From an uncultured delta proteobacterium (GTDB lineage: Bacteria > Desulfobacterota > Desulfobacteria > Desulfobacterales > Desulfatirhabdiaceae): DNA of 64,000 nt. Each line of letters starts with the position of its first letter. The stretch's first letter is position 1. Below, one piece after another: positions 50,944 through 60,518 of this stretch. A program made the translations under genes and the position numbers. The stretch lies in the NCBI GenBank assembly GCA_963789395.1, contig CAWBKP010000022.1, forward strand, positions 288,001-352,000. Direction: 5' to 3'. The notes below the pieces were generated by a model, which saw nothing but the letters and a program-made list of their open reading frames with translations, searched no databases and was not told the origin of the DNA.

Positions 50944-52410
50944 TCAAAGGTTGCTGTCCACCGTCAATTCCCGATAAAGCGATACATAGTTCCGTGCGGC
51001 GTTGTTCCAGGAAAAATCCATGGACATGCAATTGGACTGGATGCGGCTCCAGATTGTCGGCGTTTGGTAAATACCGACGGCTTTTTGAATTGCGGCCAGG
51101 CAGTGAGCGGAATCCGCGTTCATGAACGTAAACCCGGTGCCCTCACCGGAACCCGGATTCACCTCGGATACCGTGTCATTCAGTCCGCCGGTGGCGCGAA
51201 CCACGGGAACCGTCCCATATTTCATCGCATACAGCTGGGTCAAACCGCAGGGCTCATAGCGGGAGGGAATCAAAAGCAAGTCGGCGCCGGCCAGAATCCC
51301 TCTGGCCAATGCGTCGTCAAAGCGCTGAATGAAGGCGAACGCGCCTTTGCAGCGCTTGCCAACCTGTTGAAGCGCCTGCTGCAACGTCTCGTCACCGGTT
51401 CCCAGAATGACTACCCCCGCCTTCAGGGATTCCGTCAGTTCATTCAGTATCGGTATGATCAGATCAATCCCTTTTTGAATATCCAGCCGGGATACAATGC
51501 CGATGAGCGGACGGTTTATGAGACGCTCCTCCAGTTGACATGACCGAAGCAGGGCGGCTTTGCAGATGCGTTTTCCGGACAAGTCGTCAGACGTGTACCG
51601 TGCGGGAATGATCGGATCCGTCTCAGGGTTCCACTGCCGGTAATCGACACCGTTCAGGATACCGGACACGGATGCCTGCCGGTTGCGAAGGACGCCTTCC
51701 AGACCTTTGCCGTATTCCGGCGTCTGAATCTCCCGCGCATAGGTCGGACTGACCGTGGATACTGCCCGGCTATACACCAGCCCGGCTTTCAGCATGCTCC
51801 ACTTTCCGTAAAATTCCAGTCCGTTCGGCTGATAATGGGATGAGTCCAGACCGGTCAATGCGTATTTATCACTTGAAAAGAGGCCGGAATATCCCAGATT
51901 GTGTACGGTAAAAAGGGTTTTGACCTGCCGAAGCGCCGGTTCCAGCTGCATGTAGAGCGGAATCAGGCCGGTATGCCAGTCGTTGCAGTGGACGATATGA
52001 GGGTCAAAATCCCAGGCATGCATCAGTGATGCAACTGCCCGGCAGAAAAAAATAAACCGCTCGGCATTGTCGTAATAGTCGCCATCGCCATTGGCGTAAA
52101 GATGGGGCCGGTCAAACATGTCTTCCCGGTCGATGACATAAATCGGGGCGATGTTTTCATCGGAGAGTTTGCACACCTGAAAGCTCAGGCGCTGAGAACC
52201 CAGCCAGGTGTGCAGACCGGGCCAGAGCGGCTCTTCCCGTAAACCGTGTTCAAACACCTGCCTGTACCCCGGCAGAATCACGCGGACATCCACATTCAAT
52301 CGCCGCAGGGCATCGGGAAGGCTGCCGGCGACATCGGCCAGTCCGCCGGTTTTGGCAAAAGGCGCAGCTTCGGCTGCGATAAAGACAACGCGAAGCGCTG
52401 AATTGTCCAT
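50944..52410 (-). CDS. glgA: Glycogen synthase (GT5, ADP-glucose)
   Basis: EAAPFAKTGGLADV, DNAERF, HCNDWHTG, TVHNLGY, TVSPTYAREI, SRLDIQKG, PSRYEPCGLTQL; ATG after GGAGG. Confidence 0.95.
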   Translation of the reverse strand: MDNSALRVVFIAAEAAPFAKTGGLADVAGSLPDALRRLNVDVRVILPGYRQVFEHGLREEPLWPGLHTWLGSQRLSFQVCKLSDENIAPIYVIDREDMFDRPHLYANGDGDYYDNAERFIFFCRAVASLMHAWDFDPHIVHCNDWHTGLIPLYMQLEPALRQVKTLFTVHNLGYSGLFSSDKYALTGLDSSHYQPNGLEFYGKWSMLKAGLVYSRAVSTVSPTYAREIQTPEYGKGLEGVLRNRQASVSGILNGVDYRQWNPETDPIIPARYTSDDLSGKRICKAALLRSCQLEERLINRPLIGIVSRLDIQKGIDLIIPILNELTESLKAGVVILGTGDETLQQALQQVGKRCKGAFAFIQRFDDALARGILAGADLLLIPSRYEPCGLTQLYAMKYGTVPVVRATGGLNDTVSEVNPGSGEGTGFTFMNADSAHCLAAIQKAVGIYQTPTIWSRIQSNCMSMDFSWNNAARNYVSLYRELTVDSNL

Positions 52411-52501
52411 CGTAATCCTCCAATCCATGGATCGTAACAAATAAGATTGTATGCAGTCCGGATTCGATAACACTGAACCCCCGTGATGTCCATAAAGAAA
52501 T

Positions 52502-53590
52502 TAAGGGACGTACATCAAAAAATAAGTTGATAATGGAAATTGCTGTGATATAAGAGATGTCATGCCAAGAAAAGCAAGAATAGATGCGCCGGGCGCTCTG
52601 CATCATATCATCGTCAGAGGCATTGATCGCCGAAAGATTTTTCTGGATGATACGGATCGGGATGATTTTCTGAACCGTTTATCCGTCGTTCTGGACGATA
52701 CCCAGACCGCCTGTTTTGCCTGGGCTCTGATGCCAAATCATTTTCACCTGCTTCTCAGAACCGGAAACGCAGCCATTTCGCGGGTGATGCAGCGAATTCT
52801 GACAGGGTATGTCATTTCATTCAACAGGCGACATCGCCGGCATGGGCATCTGTTTCAAAACCGTTACAAGTCGATTTTATGCCAGGAGGACGCCTATCTG
52901 CTGGAACTCGTCCGGTATATTCACCTGAATCCGCTGCGGACCGGACTTATCCAGAATTTAAATGAACTGCAGGAATATCCGTATAGTGGGCACAGCGCTT
53001 TTTTCAAGAAAAATTACCGTTCCTGGCAGGATACCGATTATGTGTTGAAACAGTTTTATTCAAGTGTTTCGGTTGCCCGGCGGCGGTATCTTGAATTTGT
53101 TGAAAAAGGAAGTTGTCAGGGGCGTCGGGATGAGCTTGTCGGCGGCGGGTTGATCCGGAGCGCAGGAGGCTGGGCTGCTGTTAAGACATTGCATAAGGCC
53201 GGCAATTTTCAAAAAAATGATGAGAGAATTTTAGGTGATGGCGATTTTGTAGAAAAGGTTTTATCATTTTCAAATGAAAAGATGGAACGCGGCTATCGTC
53301 TGAAGTCAAAGGGAGTGAATTTCCAAGCAGTCGTCCAAAGAGCGGGGACGCTGACAGGGGTTGATCCGAAAATTGTCTTGTCAGGAGATCGCGGGCGGCG
53401 AACAGTACAGGCGCGAAGTCTTGCCTGTTATTGGGCTGCCGAAGAGCTGGGATTAAAACAGCCGGAAATAAGTTTAAAGCTGGGGATGACTCAGGCTGCG
53501 GTGAGCATGGCGATCAAGCGCGGCAAACTGTTTGCCAGTGAAAACAAATTGACTCTGGAATAAAAGTTATTGATTGATGTACGTCCCCTA
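52502..53590 (+). mobile_element. Compact element: RAYT-type Y1 HUH gene bounded by ~27 bp imperfect terminal inverted repeats
   Basis: Left TAAGGGACGTACATCAAAAAATAAGTT (52502-52528); right, reverse-complemented, TAGGGGACGTACATCAATCAATAACTT (53564-53590); 23/27 identical. Confidence 0.82.
52562..53563 (+). CDS. RAYT-like Y1 HUH transposase with C-terminal DnaA-C-like HTH
   Basis: HHIIVRG...IF, LMPNHFHLL (HUH), GHLFQNRYKS, YIHLNP (catalytic Tyr), YPYS; C-terminal ARSLACYWAAEELGLKQPEISLKLGMTQAAVSMAIKRG. Confidence 0.9.
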   Translation: MPRKARIDAPGALHHIIVRGIDRRKIFLDDTDRDDFLNRLSVVLDDTQTACFAWALMPNHFHLLLRTGNAAISRVMQRILTGYVISFNRRHRRHGHLFQNRYKSILCQEDAYLLELVRYIHLNPLRTGLIQNLNELQEYPYSGHSAFFKKNYRSWQDTDYVLKQFYSSVSVARRRYLEFVEKGSCQGRRDELVGGGLIRSAGGWAAVKTLHKAGNFQKNDERILGDGDFVEKVLSFSNEKMERGYRLKSKGVNFQAVVQRAGTLTGVDPKIVLSGDRGRRTVQARSLACYWAAEELGLKQPEISLKLGMTQAAVSMAIKRGKLFASENKLTLE

Positions 53591-53609
53591 TGTTTACAAA
53601 GGAGAGGTG

Positions 53610-54632
53610 ATGAAATTCGATGTCATTAAAAAAGAAACCGTCATGCTCGACCCCCAGAAGGATATGGCCGAGCGCCGAATCTCCAGTGAAATCCGAATTG
53701 ATCCCCTGACCGGCCGGACCGCCAGGATCTGCCACTTCATGAAGCTTCAATGGCAGAAGCCCGATTTCGATAAAATTGTCGCGGGAACCGACGCCTGGTG
53801 CCCGTTCTGCGCGGACAGGGTATTGAAGATTACGCCCTGCTTTCCCAAAGAGCTCATCCCGGAAGGACGTATGCAAAAAGACGACATGGTGATTTTCCCG
53901 AACATCGCTCCCTACGACAGCATCGGGGCAGTGGCGACGTTCGGCGCCCGCCACTTTATTCCCATGACGGCGTTTACGCCTGCGCACATGGCCGCTGCAT
54001 TCGGTTTTGCGCAGGATTTTTTCAGGCGCATCGAAAGCACCGGCCATCCGGAATCCGTGTACCACATCATCAACTGGAACTATATGCCGCCGGCTGGAAG
54101 CTCTCTCATCCATCCCCACCTTCAGGTCTTTTCCACATCATCGGCGCCCAATCTTCTGCGGCAGGAACTGGAAGCCTCGAAAAACTATCGGGACAGCCGC
54201 AACGCCAACTTCTGGGAGGATCTTGTAGCGGCCGAGAGGAATGCGGGAAAACGCTACCTTGGAAAGATCGGCCGCACACATTGGATGACGTCTTTTGCTC
54301 CCATGGGCGTTGCCGGAGACGTGCTGGCGGTTCTGGAAGATGCAAGGTGCATGCTGGATCTCAGCGGGCAGGATTTTTTTGACATCGCCTCCGGGCTTTC
54401 AAATGTCATTGCCGAATACGACAAGATGGGAATCTACAGCTTCAATATGAATTTTTTCACCGGCATGAAAACCGATGACCATTTCCGCTTTCACCTGCTC
54501 TTTTCGCCCCGCACATTCTTCAACCAGCAACTGGGGACACCGGATGTCGGTGCCCTGCGCAGCCTGTTCAATGAAACCGCGTGCATGGCTTTTCCGGAAG
54601 AAATTAATCAGATGCTGAAGAACGGTTTTTAG
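53610..54632 (+). CDS. GalT-family (HIT-like) hexose-1-phosphate nucleotidylyltransferase
   Basis: EIRIDPLTG, CPFC, FPNIAPY, NYMPPAGSSLIHPHLQ (HxHxQ); GGAG RBS. Confidence 0.82.
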   Translation: MKFDVIKKETVMLDPQKDMAERRISSEIRIDPLTGRTARICHFMKLQWQKPDFDKIVAGTDAWCPFCADRVLKITPCFPKELIPEGRMQKDDMVIFPNIAPYDSIGAVATFGARHFIPMTAFTPAHMAAAFGFAQDFFRRIESTGHPESVYHIINWNYMPPAGSSLIHPHLQVFSTSSAPNLLRQELEASKNYRDSRNANFWEDLVAAERNAGKRYLGKIGRTHWMTSFAPMGVAGDVLAVLEDARCMLDLSGQDFFDIASGLSNVIAEYDKMGIYSFNMNFFTGMKTDDHFRFHLLFSPRTFFNQQLGTPDVGALRSLFNETACMAFPEEINQMLKNGF

Positions 54633-54652
54633 AACTCCGACAGGACCCTTTG

Positions 54653-55873
54653 ATGACGATAGCGCTCGACAATCTGAAAGAATCAAACGAATTCCTGAAT
54701 CTGGTTCTGGAAAACATCAATTCCGCAATTCTCATTGCGGACGAGAATATGCAGATTCACCAATTCAACAAAAGCTTTCTCAGTCTGTTCGATCGTGCCG
54801 CGGATCGGCTTTTCGAAAGTTCTTTCGGTCAGTTATCCGGATGCGTGAATGCGGTGAAGGAAAACAAATCCTGTGGCGGCACATCCAAATGCCGGTTCTG
54901 CGTGTTGAGAAAAACACTGCTTCAGACCCTGGTTGAGGATTACCCTGTGGATCGCAAGTCCATGGAGAGCGTTTTCTACATCAAAGGCAGCCCGGTTTTG
55001 AAAAATCTGGAGGTGACGTCACGGCTCATCCAGTTTCGTGGGCAGAAAATGATCCTGGTGATCATCTACGATGTCTCGCAGATCGAGGAGCAGAAAAGAA
55101 AGCTTGAAAAACAGCAGCAGCAGATCAACCATGAACTTGAAACAGCCGGGGAGATCCAGAAAAGCCTTCTTCCGGACAGCGATCTGGAAATAGACAACAT
55201 CGTGACTGCCTGGAGATTTGAACCCTGCGGCCATATCGGCGGCGATATTTTTCAAGTCCATAGAATCAGTGAAGAACAAATAGGCATCTACATGCTGGAC
55301 GTCTGCGGGCACGGCGTGTCGGCGGCCCTTATCGCGGTTACGGTTTCTCAGTTTCTGATGAGCCTGCACAACCGCATGCGCCTGACCGGCAAGGTATTCA
55401 GCCCCGAGGCCGTCATGAACCGTCTGGACAAGGAGTTCCCGATGGAGCGATTCGACTGCTTTTTCTCGATTGTCCATGCGATGCTGAATATTGAAACCGG
55501 CCGTTTGGTTTACAGCAATGCCGGACATATGCCGCCGTTGATCTTGAGCGCCGCGGGTCGTCTGGAACGTCTCGAAAACCATGGCACACCCATCGGCAGC
55601 GGATTCGGCGCCGTTTTCGGCCAGGAATACAGGCAGCTGAATGCCGGAGACCGGCTGCTTCTTTATACGGATGGGTTGATTGAAAATTTCGGGTTGGATG
55701 GCGAACGCAAAGGCAAAGACCGGTTTTACGCTTTCCTGGAGAAATCCCACCATCTGCCGACGAGGGATCTGGTGGACAACGCGTTTGAAACCGCCGACAG
55801 GCAAAGAGGCGGATCCATGCCTTCAGACGATATGAGCCTGATCGCCGTGGAATTTGCAAAAAACAGGGGTTGA
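54653..55873 (+). CDS. PAS-domain PP2C (SpoIIE/RsbU-type) phosphatase
   Basis: N-terminal PAS-like region, AGEIQKSLLP, GGDIF, DVCGHGVSAAL, NAGHMPP, LYTDGL, SDDMS. Confidence 0.92.
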   Translation: MTIALDNLKESNEFLNLVLENINSAILIADENMQIHQFNKSFLSLFDRAADRLFESSFGQLSGCVNAVKENKSCGGTSKCRFCVLRKTLLQTLVEDYPVDRKSMESVFYIKGSPVLKNLEVTSRLIQFRGQKMILVIIYDVSQIEEQKRKLEKQQQQINHELETAGEIQKSLLPDSDLEIDNIVTAWRFEPCGHIGGDIFQVHRISEEQIGIYMLDVCGHGVSAALIAVTVSQFLMSLHNRMRLTGKVFSPEAVMNRLDKEFPMERFDCFFSIVHAMLNIETGRLVYSNAGHMPPLILSAAGRLERLENHGTPIGSGFGAVFGQEYRQLNAGDRLLLYTDGLIENFGLDGERKGKDRFYAFLEKSHHLPTRDLVDNAFETADRQRGGSMPSDDMSLIAVEFAKNRG

Positions 55874-55921
55874 ACAAATGAAACGCCAGGAGATTGCCAC
55901 ACTGAATGAAAAGGAAAATGC

Positions 55922-57502
55922 ATGAAGAAAACGGTTTTGTTCGCACTTGTTCTTTTTCTTGTTGCCGGCAACAGCCTGTTTGCGGCAACGCCCCATGACA
56001 CCCTGGTCATGGCATCGAAACTGGACGACGTCATGACGCTGGATCCGGCGGAAATCTTTGAGTTTACCGGGGCTGAATTTGCAGCCAACATGTATGACCG
56101 CCTGATCGGATATGATGTGGAGGACGTGAGCAAAATCTATGGAGTTGTTGCGGAAAGCTGGGACATTTCCGAAGACGGCAGGACGTATTCCTTCAAGATC
56201 GTTGACAGCATGAAATTTGCGTCCGGCAACAAACTGACCGCGGATGATGTTGTGTTTTCGCTTCAGCGGGTCATCAAACTGAACAAGTCCCCTGCGTTTC
56301 TGCTGACGCAGTTCGGATTCACCCCGGCAAACATGAATGAAAAAATCATTAAAACAGGAGAGTATTCCCTCAAGGTAATCATCGAGAAACCCTATGCGCC
56401 GACGTTTTTCCTGAATTGCCTGACATCGGCGCCGGGTTCCATCGTGGACAAACAGGAGGTGTTGAAGCATGAGGAAAACGGCGATATGGGATATGGCTGG
56501 CTGAAATCCCATTCCGCCGGTTCAGGCCCCTTTGCATTGACGGCATGGAAACCGTCTGAAATTCTCATCATGGCCGCCAATGAAAATTTCTACGGCAAAA
56601 AACCGGCCATGAAGCGCATCATCGTCCGGCACATCTCGGAGTCCGCCACCCAGAGGCTCCTGCTCGAAAAAGGGGATGTGGACATGGCAAGGAATATCCA
56701 GCCGGATGATCTCAAGGGGCTTTCCGAAAATCCCAATATCCGGATCCGCAAAAAAGCTAAGGGCGCGATCTACTATCTGGGCCTGAACCAGAAAAACCAG
56801 TATCTGAAGATCCCCCAGGTCCGGCAGGCCCTGAAATACCTCATCGATTACGCGGGAATGGAATCCACTATCTTAAACGGCAAGGCCATGGTGCATCAGG
56901 CATTCATTCCCAAGGGATTCCTGGGCGCACTGGAAGAAACTCCTTTTTCATTGAATGTGGAAAAGGCAAAGGGGCTTCTCAAGGAAGCCGGTCTTGAAAA
57001 AGGCTTTTCCGTAACCATGGACACACGAAACACGGAACCCTCAGCATCGATGGCCCTGGCCATTCAGGCCACATTCGCCCTTGCAGATATCAAGCTGGAA
57101 ATTATTCCCGGTGAAGGTAAACAAGTCATTACCAAATACCGTGAAAGGGCCCACGACATTTTTATCGGCCGCTGGGGGCCGGATTACATGGATCCCCACA
57201 CCAACGCGGATACTTTTGCCAGTAACCCGGACAATTCGGATGCCGGACTGTCCAAAACCATGGCCTGGCGAAATGCCTGGGACATTCCCGAAATGACCCG
57301 TAAAGTGGATGCGGCGGTTCTGGAAAAAGACAGCAAAAAGAGAGCCCGGATGTATCTTGACATTCAAAAGGAGCATCAGAGAAGCGCCCCCTTTGTCTTC
57401 ATGTTCCAGGAGATCGAAATCCTGGCCGAGAGATCCAATGTGAATGGATTTATTCTGGGGCCAAGTTTCGACAGCAATTTTTATCGGTTTATCACCAAAT
57501 AA
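55922..57502 (+). CDS. Dipeptide/oligopeptide ABC transporter substrate-binding protein (family 5)
   Basis: Signal peptide, TLDPAE, AESWDIS, ADDVVFSLQR, GSGPF, VRQAL, WGPDYMDP. Confidence 0.93.
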   Translation: MKKTVLFALVLFLVAGNSLFAATPHDTLVMASKLDDVMTLDPAEIFEFTGAEFAANMYDRLIGYDVEDVSKIYGVVAESWDISEDGRTYSFKIVDSMKFASGNKLTADDVVFSLQRVIKLNKSPAFLLTQFGFTPANMNEKIIKTGEYSLKVIIEKPYAPTFFLNCLTSAPGSIVDKQEVLKHEENGDMGYGWLKSHSAGSGPFALTAWKPSEILIMAANENFYGKKPAMKRIIVRHISESATQRLLLEKGDVDMARNIQPDDLKGLSENPNIRIRKKAKGAIYYLGLNQKNQYLKIPQVRQALKYLIDYAGMESTILNGKAMVHQAFIPKGFLGALEETPFSLNVEKAKGLLKEAGLEKGFSVTMDTRNTEPSASMALAIQATFALADIKLEIIPGEGKQVITKYRERAHDIFIGRWGPDYMDPHTNADTFASNPDNSDAGLSKTMAWRNAWDIPEMTRKVDAAVLEKDSKKRARMYLDIQKEHQRSAPFVFMFQEIEILAERSNVNGFILGPSFDSNFYRFITK

Positions 57503-57537
57503 GAGCAGGCAGCGCCTGAACGGAATAAACGTACAGA

Positions 57538-57588
57538 CAAAATTCGAAATTCGAATATCGAAATCCGAAACAAATTCTAAATTTCGAA
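57538..57588 (+). repeat. Degenerate heptamer tandem repeat (AAATTCG/AAATCCG)n, dispersed copy 2
   Basis: CAAAATTCGAAATTCGAATATCGAAATCCGAAACAAATTCTAAATTTCGAA between the SBP and permease genes. Confidence 0.8.
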
Positions 57589-57658
57589 TGCTATAGATAT
57601 CTTCCCCGTCTGGCAAAGGGAATAACCCGTTTCCACGGTAAAAATCCTAAATGAATCG

Positions 57659-58699
57659 ATGGATAATTTTATTGATCACAGACAGCTCTCAAAAGTCGTG
57701 AATCGGGCTGCCGGACTGGTTGCCATGGTCGGCATGACGTTTCTCGGGCTTCTTCTGGTCACGTTTCTGATCGGCCGGGTTGTACCCATTGATCCGGTTC
57801 TGGCTGTGGTGGGGGACAAAGCCTCCGCGGAAGTTTATCAAAGGGTGCGTCTGGAACTGGGGTTGAATCTGCCGCTTTGGGAGCAGTTTTTTCTTTATAT
57901 CAAGGCGGTGCTGGCCGGGGATTTCGGCATTTCCGTGCTCACCGCCAGACCCGTTCTGGAAGATATCGCGCGGGTATTTCCGGCCACCATGGAACTTGCC
58001 GTGATCGCGACCTTGATCGGTGTTTTTTCGGGGATTCCTCTGGGGATTTTTTCCGCTGTAAGACAAGGAAGCCTGCTGGATCACTTCGCCCGGATAACGG
58101 GCCTGTTCGGGTATTCCCTGCCGATTTTCTGGCTGGGACTGATGGGGCTCATGGTGTTTTATGCGCACCTGAGCCTTCTGCCCGGACCCGGCAGGGTGGA
58201 TGTTTTTTACGAGAACATGGTCGATCCGGTGACCGGATTGCTGCTGATCGACTGCATCCTTGCCGGGGAGTGGGAGATCTTCCGCAATGCGCTGTCCCAC
58301 ATCATCCTTCCGGCAGCCCTTCTGGGGTATTACAGCATGGCATACCTGAGCCGGATGACCCGCTCGTTCATGATCGAGCAGTTGCGCCAGGAATACATTC
58401 TGACCGCAAGGGTCAAGGGGATTGCCGAATGGCGGGTCATCTGGGGGCATGCGCTCGGAAATTGCAGGATTCCGCTGATTACGGTCATCGCCTTGAGCTT
58501 TGGCAGCCTTCTTGAAGGCTCCGTTCTGACCGAAACCGTGTTTTCATGGCCCGGGCTCGGGCGGTATCTGACCAATTCGCTCCTGAATGCCGACATGAAC
58601 GCTGTGCTCGGCGGCACCCTGGTTGTAGGGTCGATTTTTCTGGGAATCAATCTCTTCTCCGATTTTCTGTATCAATTTCTGGATCCAAGGGCGAGATAG
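57659..58699 (+). CDS. Peptide ABC transporter permease (DppB-like)
   Basis: GDFGIS, FPATMEL, SLPIFWLGL, RMTRSFM...EYILTARVKG, TETVFSWPGLG, LDPR. Confidence 0.93.
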   Translation: MDNFIDHRQLSKVVNRAAGLVAMVGMTFLGLLLVTFLIGRVVPIDPVLAVVGDKASAEVYQRVRLELGLNLPLWEQFFLYIKAVLAGDFGISVLTARPVLEDIARVFPATMELAVIATLIGVFSGIPLGIFSAVRQGSLLDHFARITGLFGYSLPIFWLGLMGLMVFYAHLSLLPGPGRVDVFYENMVDPVTGLLLIDCILAGEWEIFRNALSHIILPAALLGYYSMAYLSRMTRSFMIEQLRQEYILTARVKGIAEWRVIWGHALGNCRIPLITVIALSFGSLLEGSVLTETVFSWPGLGRYLTNSLLNADMNAVLGGTLVVGSIFLGINLFSDFLYQFLDPRAR

Positions 58700-58718
58700 C
58701 GTATCAAAAGCTGCAACC

Positions 58719-59642
58719 ATGACGGACATAACGGATACGGATAAAATCAAATTCAGAGATTGGCTGCTTTCCGATGCGCCCGGATCGGCCTTTCAGGCAC
58801 GGGCCGGACGCATCTATTCGGGGTGTCTGGAGTTTTTCAATAACAGACCGGCGGTTTTAGGGCTATCGATCATTCTAGTCTTGATGCTTGTCGCCATCTT
58901 TGCTCCGTTTATTGCGCCTTTTGATCCGATTCTTACCGATCTGGGAAACAGACTTCAGCCGATGTCCGCGAATCATTTTTTCGGAACCGATGAAGTGGGA
59001 CGGGATATTTTCAGCCGGATAATTTTTGGATCCAGACTGACCCTGTACGTGGTCGGGCTGGTTGCCGTTATCGCCCCGCCGGTGGGTCTTGCCATCGGCA
59101 CGATATCGGGCTATCTGGGAGGGAAAATCGATACGCTCCTGATGCGGATAACCGATATTTTTCTGGCGTTTCCCAAACTGATTCTCGCCCTTGCCTTGGT
59201 TGCGGCCCTGGGACCCGGCATTGAAAACGCGGTAATCGCCATTGCCGTCACCGCCTGGCCCGCCTACGCCAGAATCGCCAGGGCGGAAACCCTCACCATC
59301 CGCAATTCGGATTTCATTCATGCCGTCAAACTTCAGGGTGCAGGACCCATCCGAATCATCACGGGCCATATCATGCCCCTTTGCCTGTCTTCGCTCGTAG
59401 TCCGGGTGACGCTGGACATGGCGGGCATTATCCTGACCGCCGCGGGCCTCGGGTTTCTGGGCCTGGGCGCCCAGCCGCCGTCGCCGGAATGGGGCGCCAT
59501 GACATCCAGCGGCCGCGCCTATATTCTGGATTACTGGTGGCTGATCACCATGCCGGGCACTGCGATATTTATCGTCAGCCTGGCTTTCAACCTGCTGGGA
59601 GACGGATTGCGGGAAGTTCTGGATCCCAGAAAAGTGAATTGA
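58719..59642 (+). CDS. Peptide ABC transporter permease (DppC-like)
   Basis: FGTDEVGRDIFSRII, MRITDIFLAFP, LGFLGLGAQPPSPEWG, FNLLGDGLRE. Confidence 0.94.
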   Translation: MTDITDTDKIKFRDWLLSDAPGSAFQARAGRIYSGCLEFFNNRPAVLGLSIILVLMLVAIFAPFIAPFDPILTDLGNRLQPMSANHFFGTDEVGRDIFSRIIFGSRLTLYVVGLVAVIAPPVGLAIGTISGYLGGKIDTLLMRITDIFLAFPKLILALALVAALGPGIENAVIAIAVTAWPAYARIARAETLTIRNSDFIHAVKLQGAGPIRIITGHIMPLCLSSLVVRVTLDMAGIILTAAGLGFLGLGAQPPSPEWGAMTSSGRAYILDYWWLITMPGTAIFIVSLAFNLLGDGLREVLDPRKVN

Positions 59643-59644
59643 CC

Positions 59645-60499
59645 ATGGGTGCCGACCCGCTTCTTCACATCAAAAACCTGAACATCGTCTTTCCTGGCAC
59701 CAAAGGGGAGTTTCATGCAGTCAAGGAGCTTTCCTTTTGCATGGGAAAAGAAAAGATCGGTATTGTCGGGGAATCCGGGTCCGGAAAGACGGTGACGGGC
59801 AGGGCCATCTTAAAACTCCTGCCCGCATCTGCAAAAATCGCTGCAGATGCCATGAATTTCAACGGGCAGGACATTTTAAGCAACAGCGAAAAAGAGATGC
59901 GGGGGATCCGGGGAAGGGGAATCGCCATGGTCATGCAGGATCCCCGGTATTCCCTGAACCCGGTCCGGACCGTGGGCAGGCAGATCACTGAATCGTATCT
60001 GACGCACAGAAACGTATCCAAAAAAGAAGCCGTGCGGCGCACACTGGAAATGCTGGAGGCTGTCCGGATCAGAAACCCTGAACGGGTGTACGGTCTCTAT
60101 CCCCATGAAGTTTCAGGCGGCATGGGCCAGCGGATCATGATCGCGATGATGCTGATCCCGGAGCCCGCCCTGCTGATTGCGGATGAACCCACATCGGCGC
60201 TGGATGTGACCGTACAGCTCCAGGTTCTGGCGATCCTGGATGACCTGGTGACCCGGCGGGGCATGGGGCTGATTTTTATCAGCCATGATCTGGAGCTGGT
60301 ATCTTCTTTTTGCGACCGGGTGATCATCATGTATGCCGGAAGGATCATGGAGATCTGCGATGCAAAGGATCTTCATCACTCCCGGCATCCCTATACCCGT
60401 GGATTGTTGAACTGCCTGCCGAAAATCGCCGGCAACCCGGAACTGCTGCCGACACTGAAACGGGATGATTCCTGGCTGAAGGCGTCTTTGTCATGCTGA
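59645..60499 (+). CDS. Peptide ABC transporter ATP-binding protein (DppD-like)
   Basis: [47 protein letters not shown]. Confidence 0.93.
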   Translation: MGADPLLHIKNLNIVFPGTKGEFHAVKELSFCMGKEKIGIVGESGSGKTVTGRAILKLLPASAKIAADAMNFNGQDILSNSEKEMRGIRGRGIAMVMQDPRYSLNPVRTVGRQITESYLTHRNVSKKEAVRRTLEMLEAVRIRNPERVYGLYPHEVSGGMGQRIMIAMMLIPEPALLIADEPTSALDVTVQLQVLAILDDLVTRRGMGLIFISHDLELVSSFCDRVIIMYAGRIMEICDAKDLHHSRHPYTRGLLNCLPKIAGNPELLPTLKRDDSWLKASLSC

Positions 60500-60518
60500 A
60501 AAATCACCGGAAAATTCC

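Noticed and set aside
52495..53600. Target-site duplication around the HUH element
   Set aside because: The flanks share no clear direct repeat beyond a possible TA; it cannot be called without an empty-site sequence
57538..57588. CRISPR array interpretation of the short repeats
   Set aside because: 7-nt tandem units with no unique spacers and no cas genes
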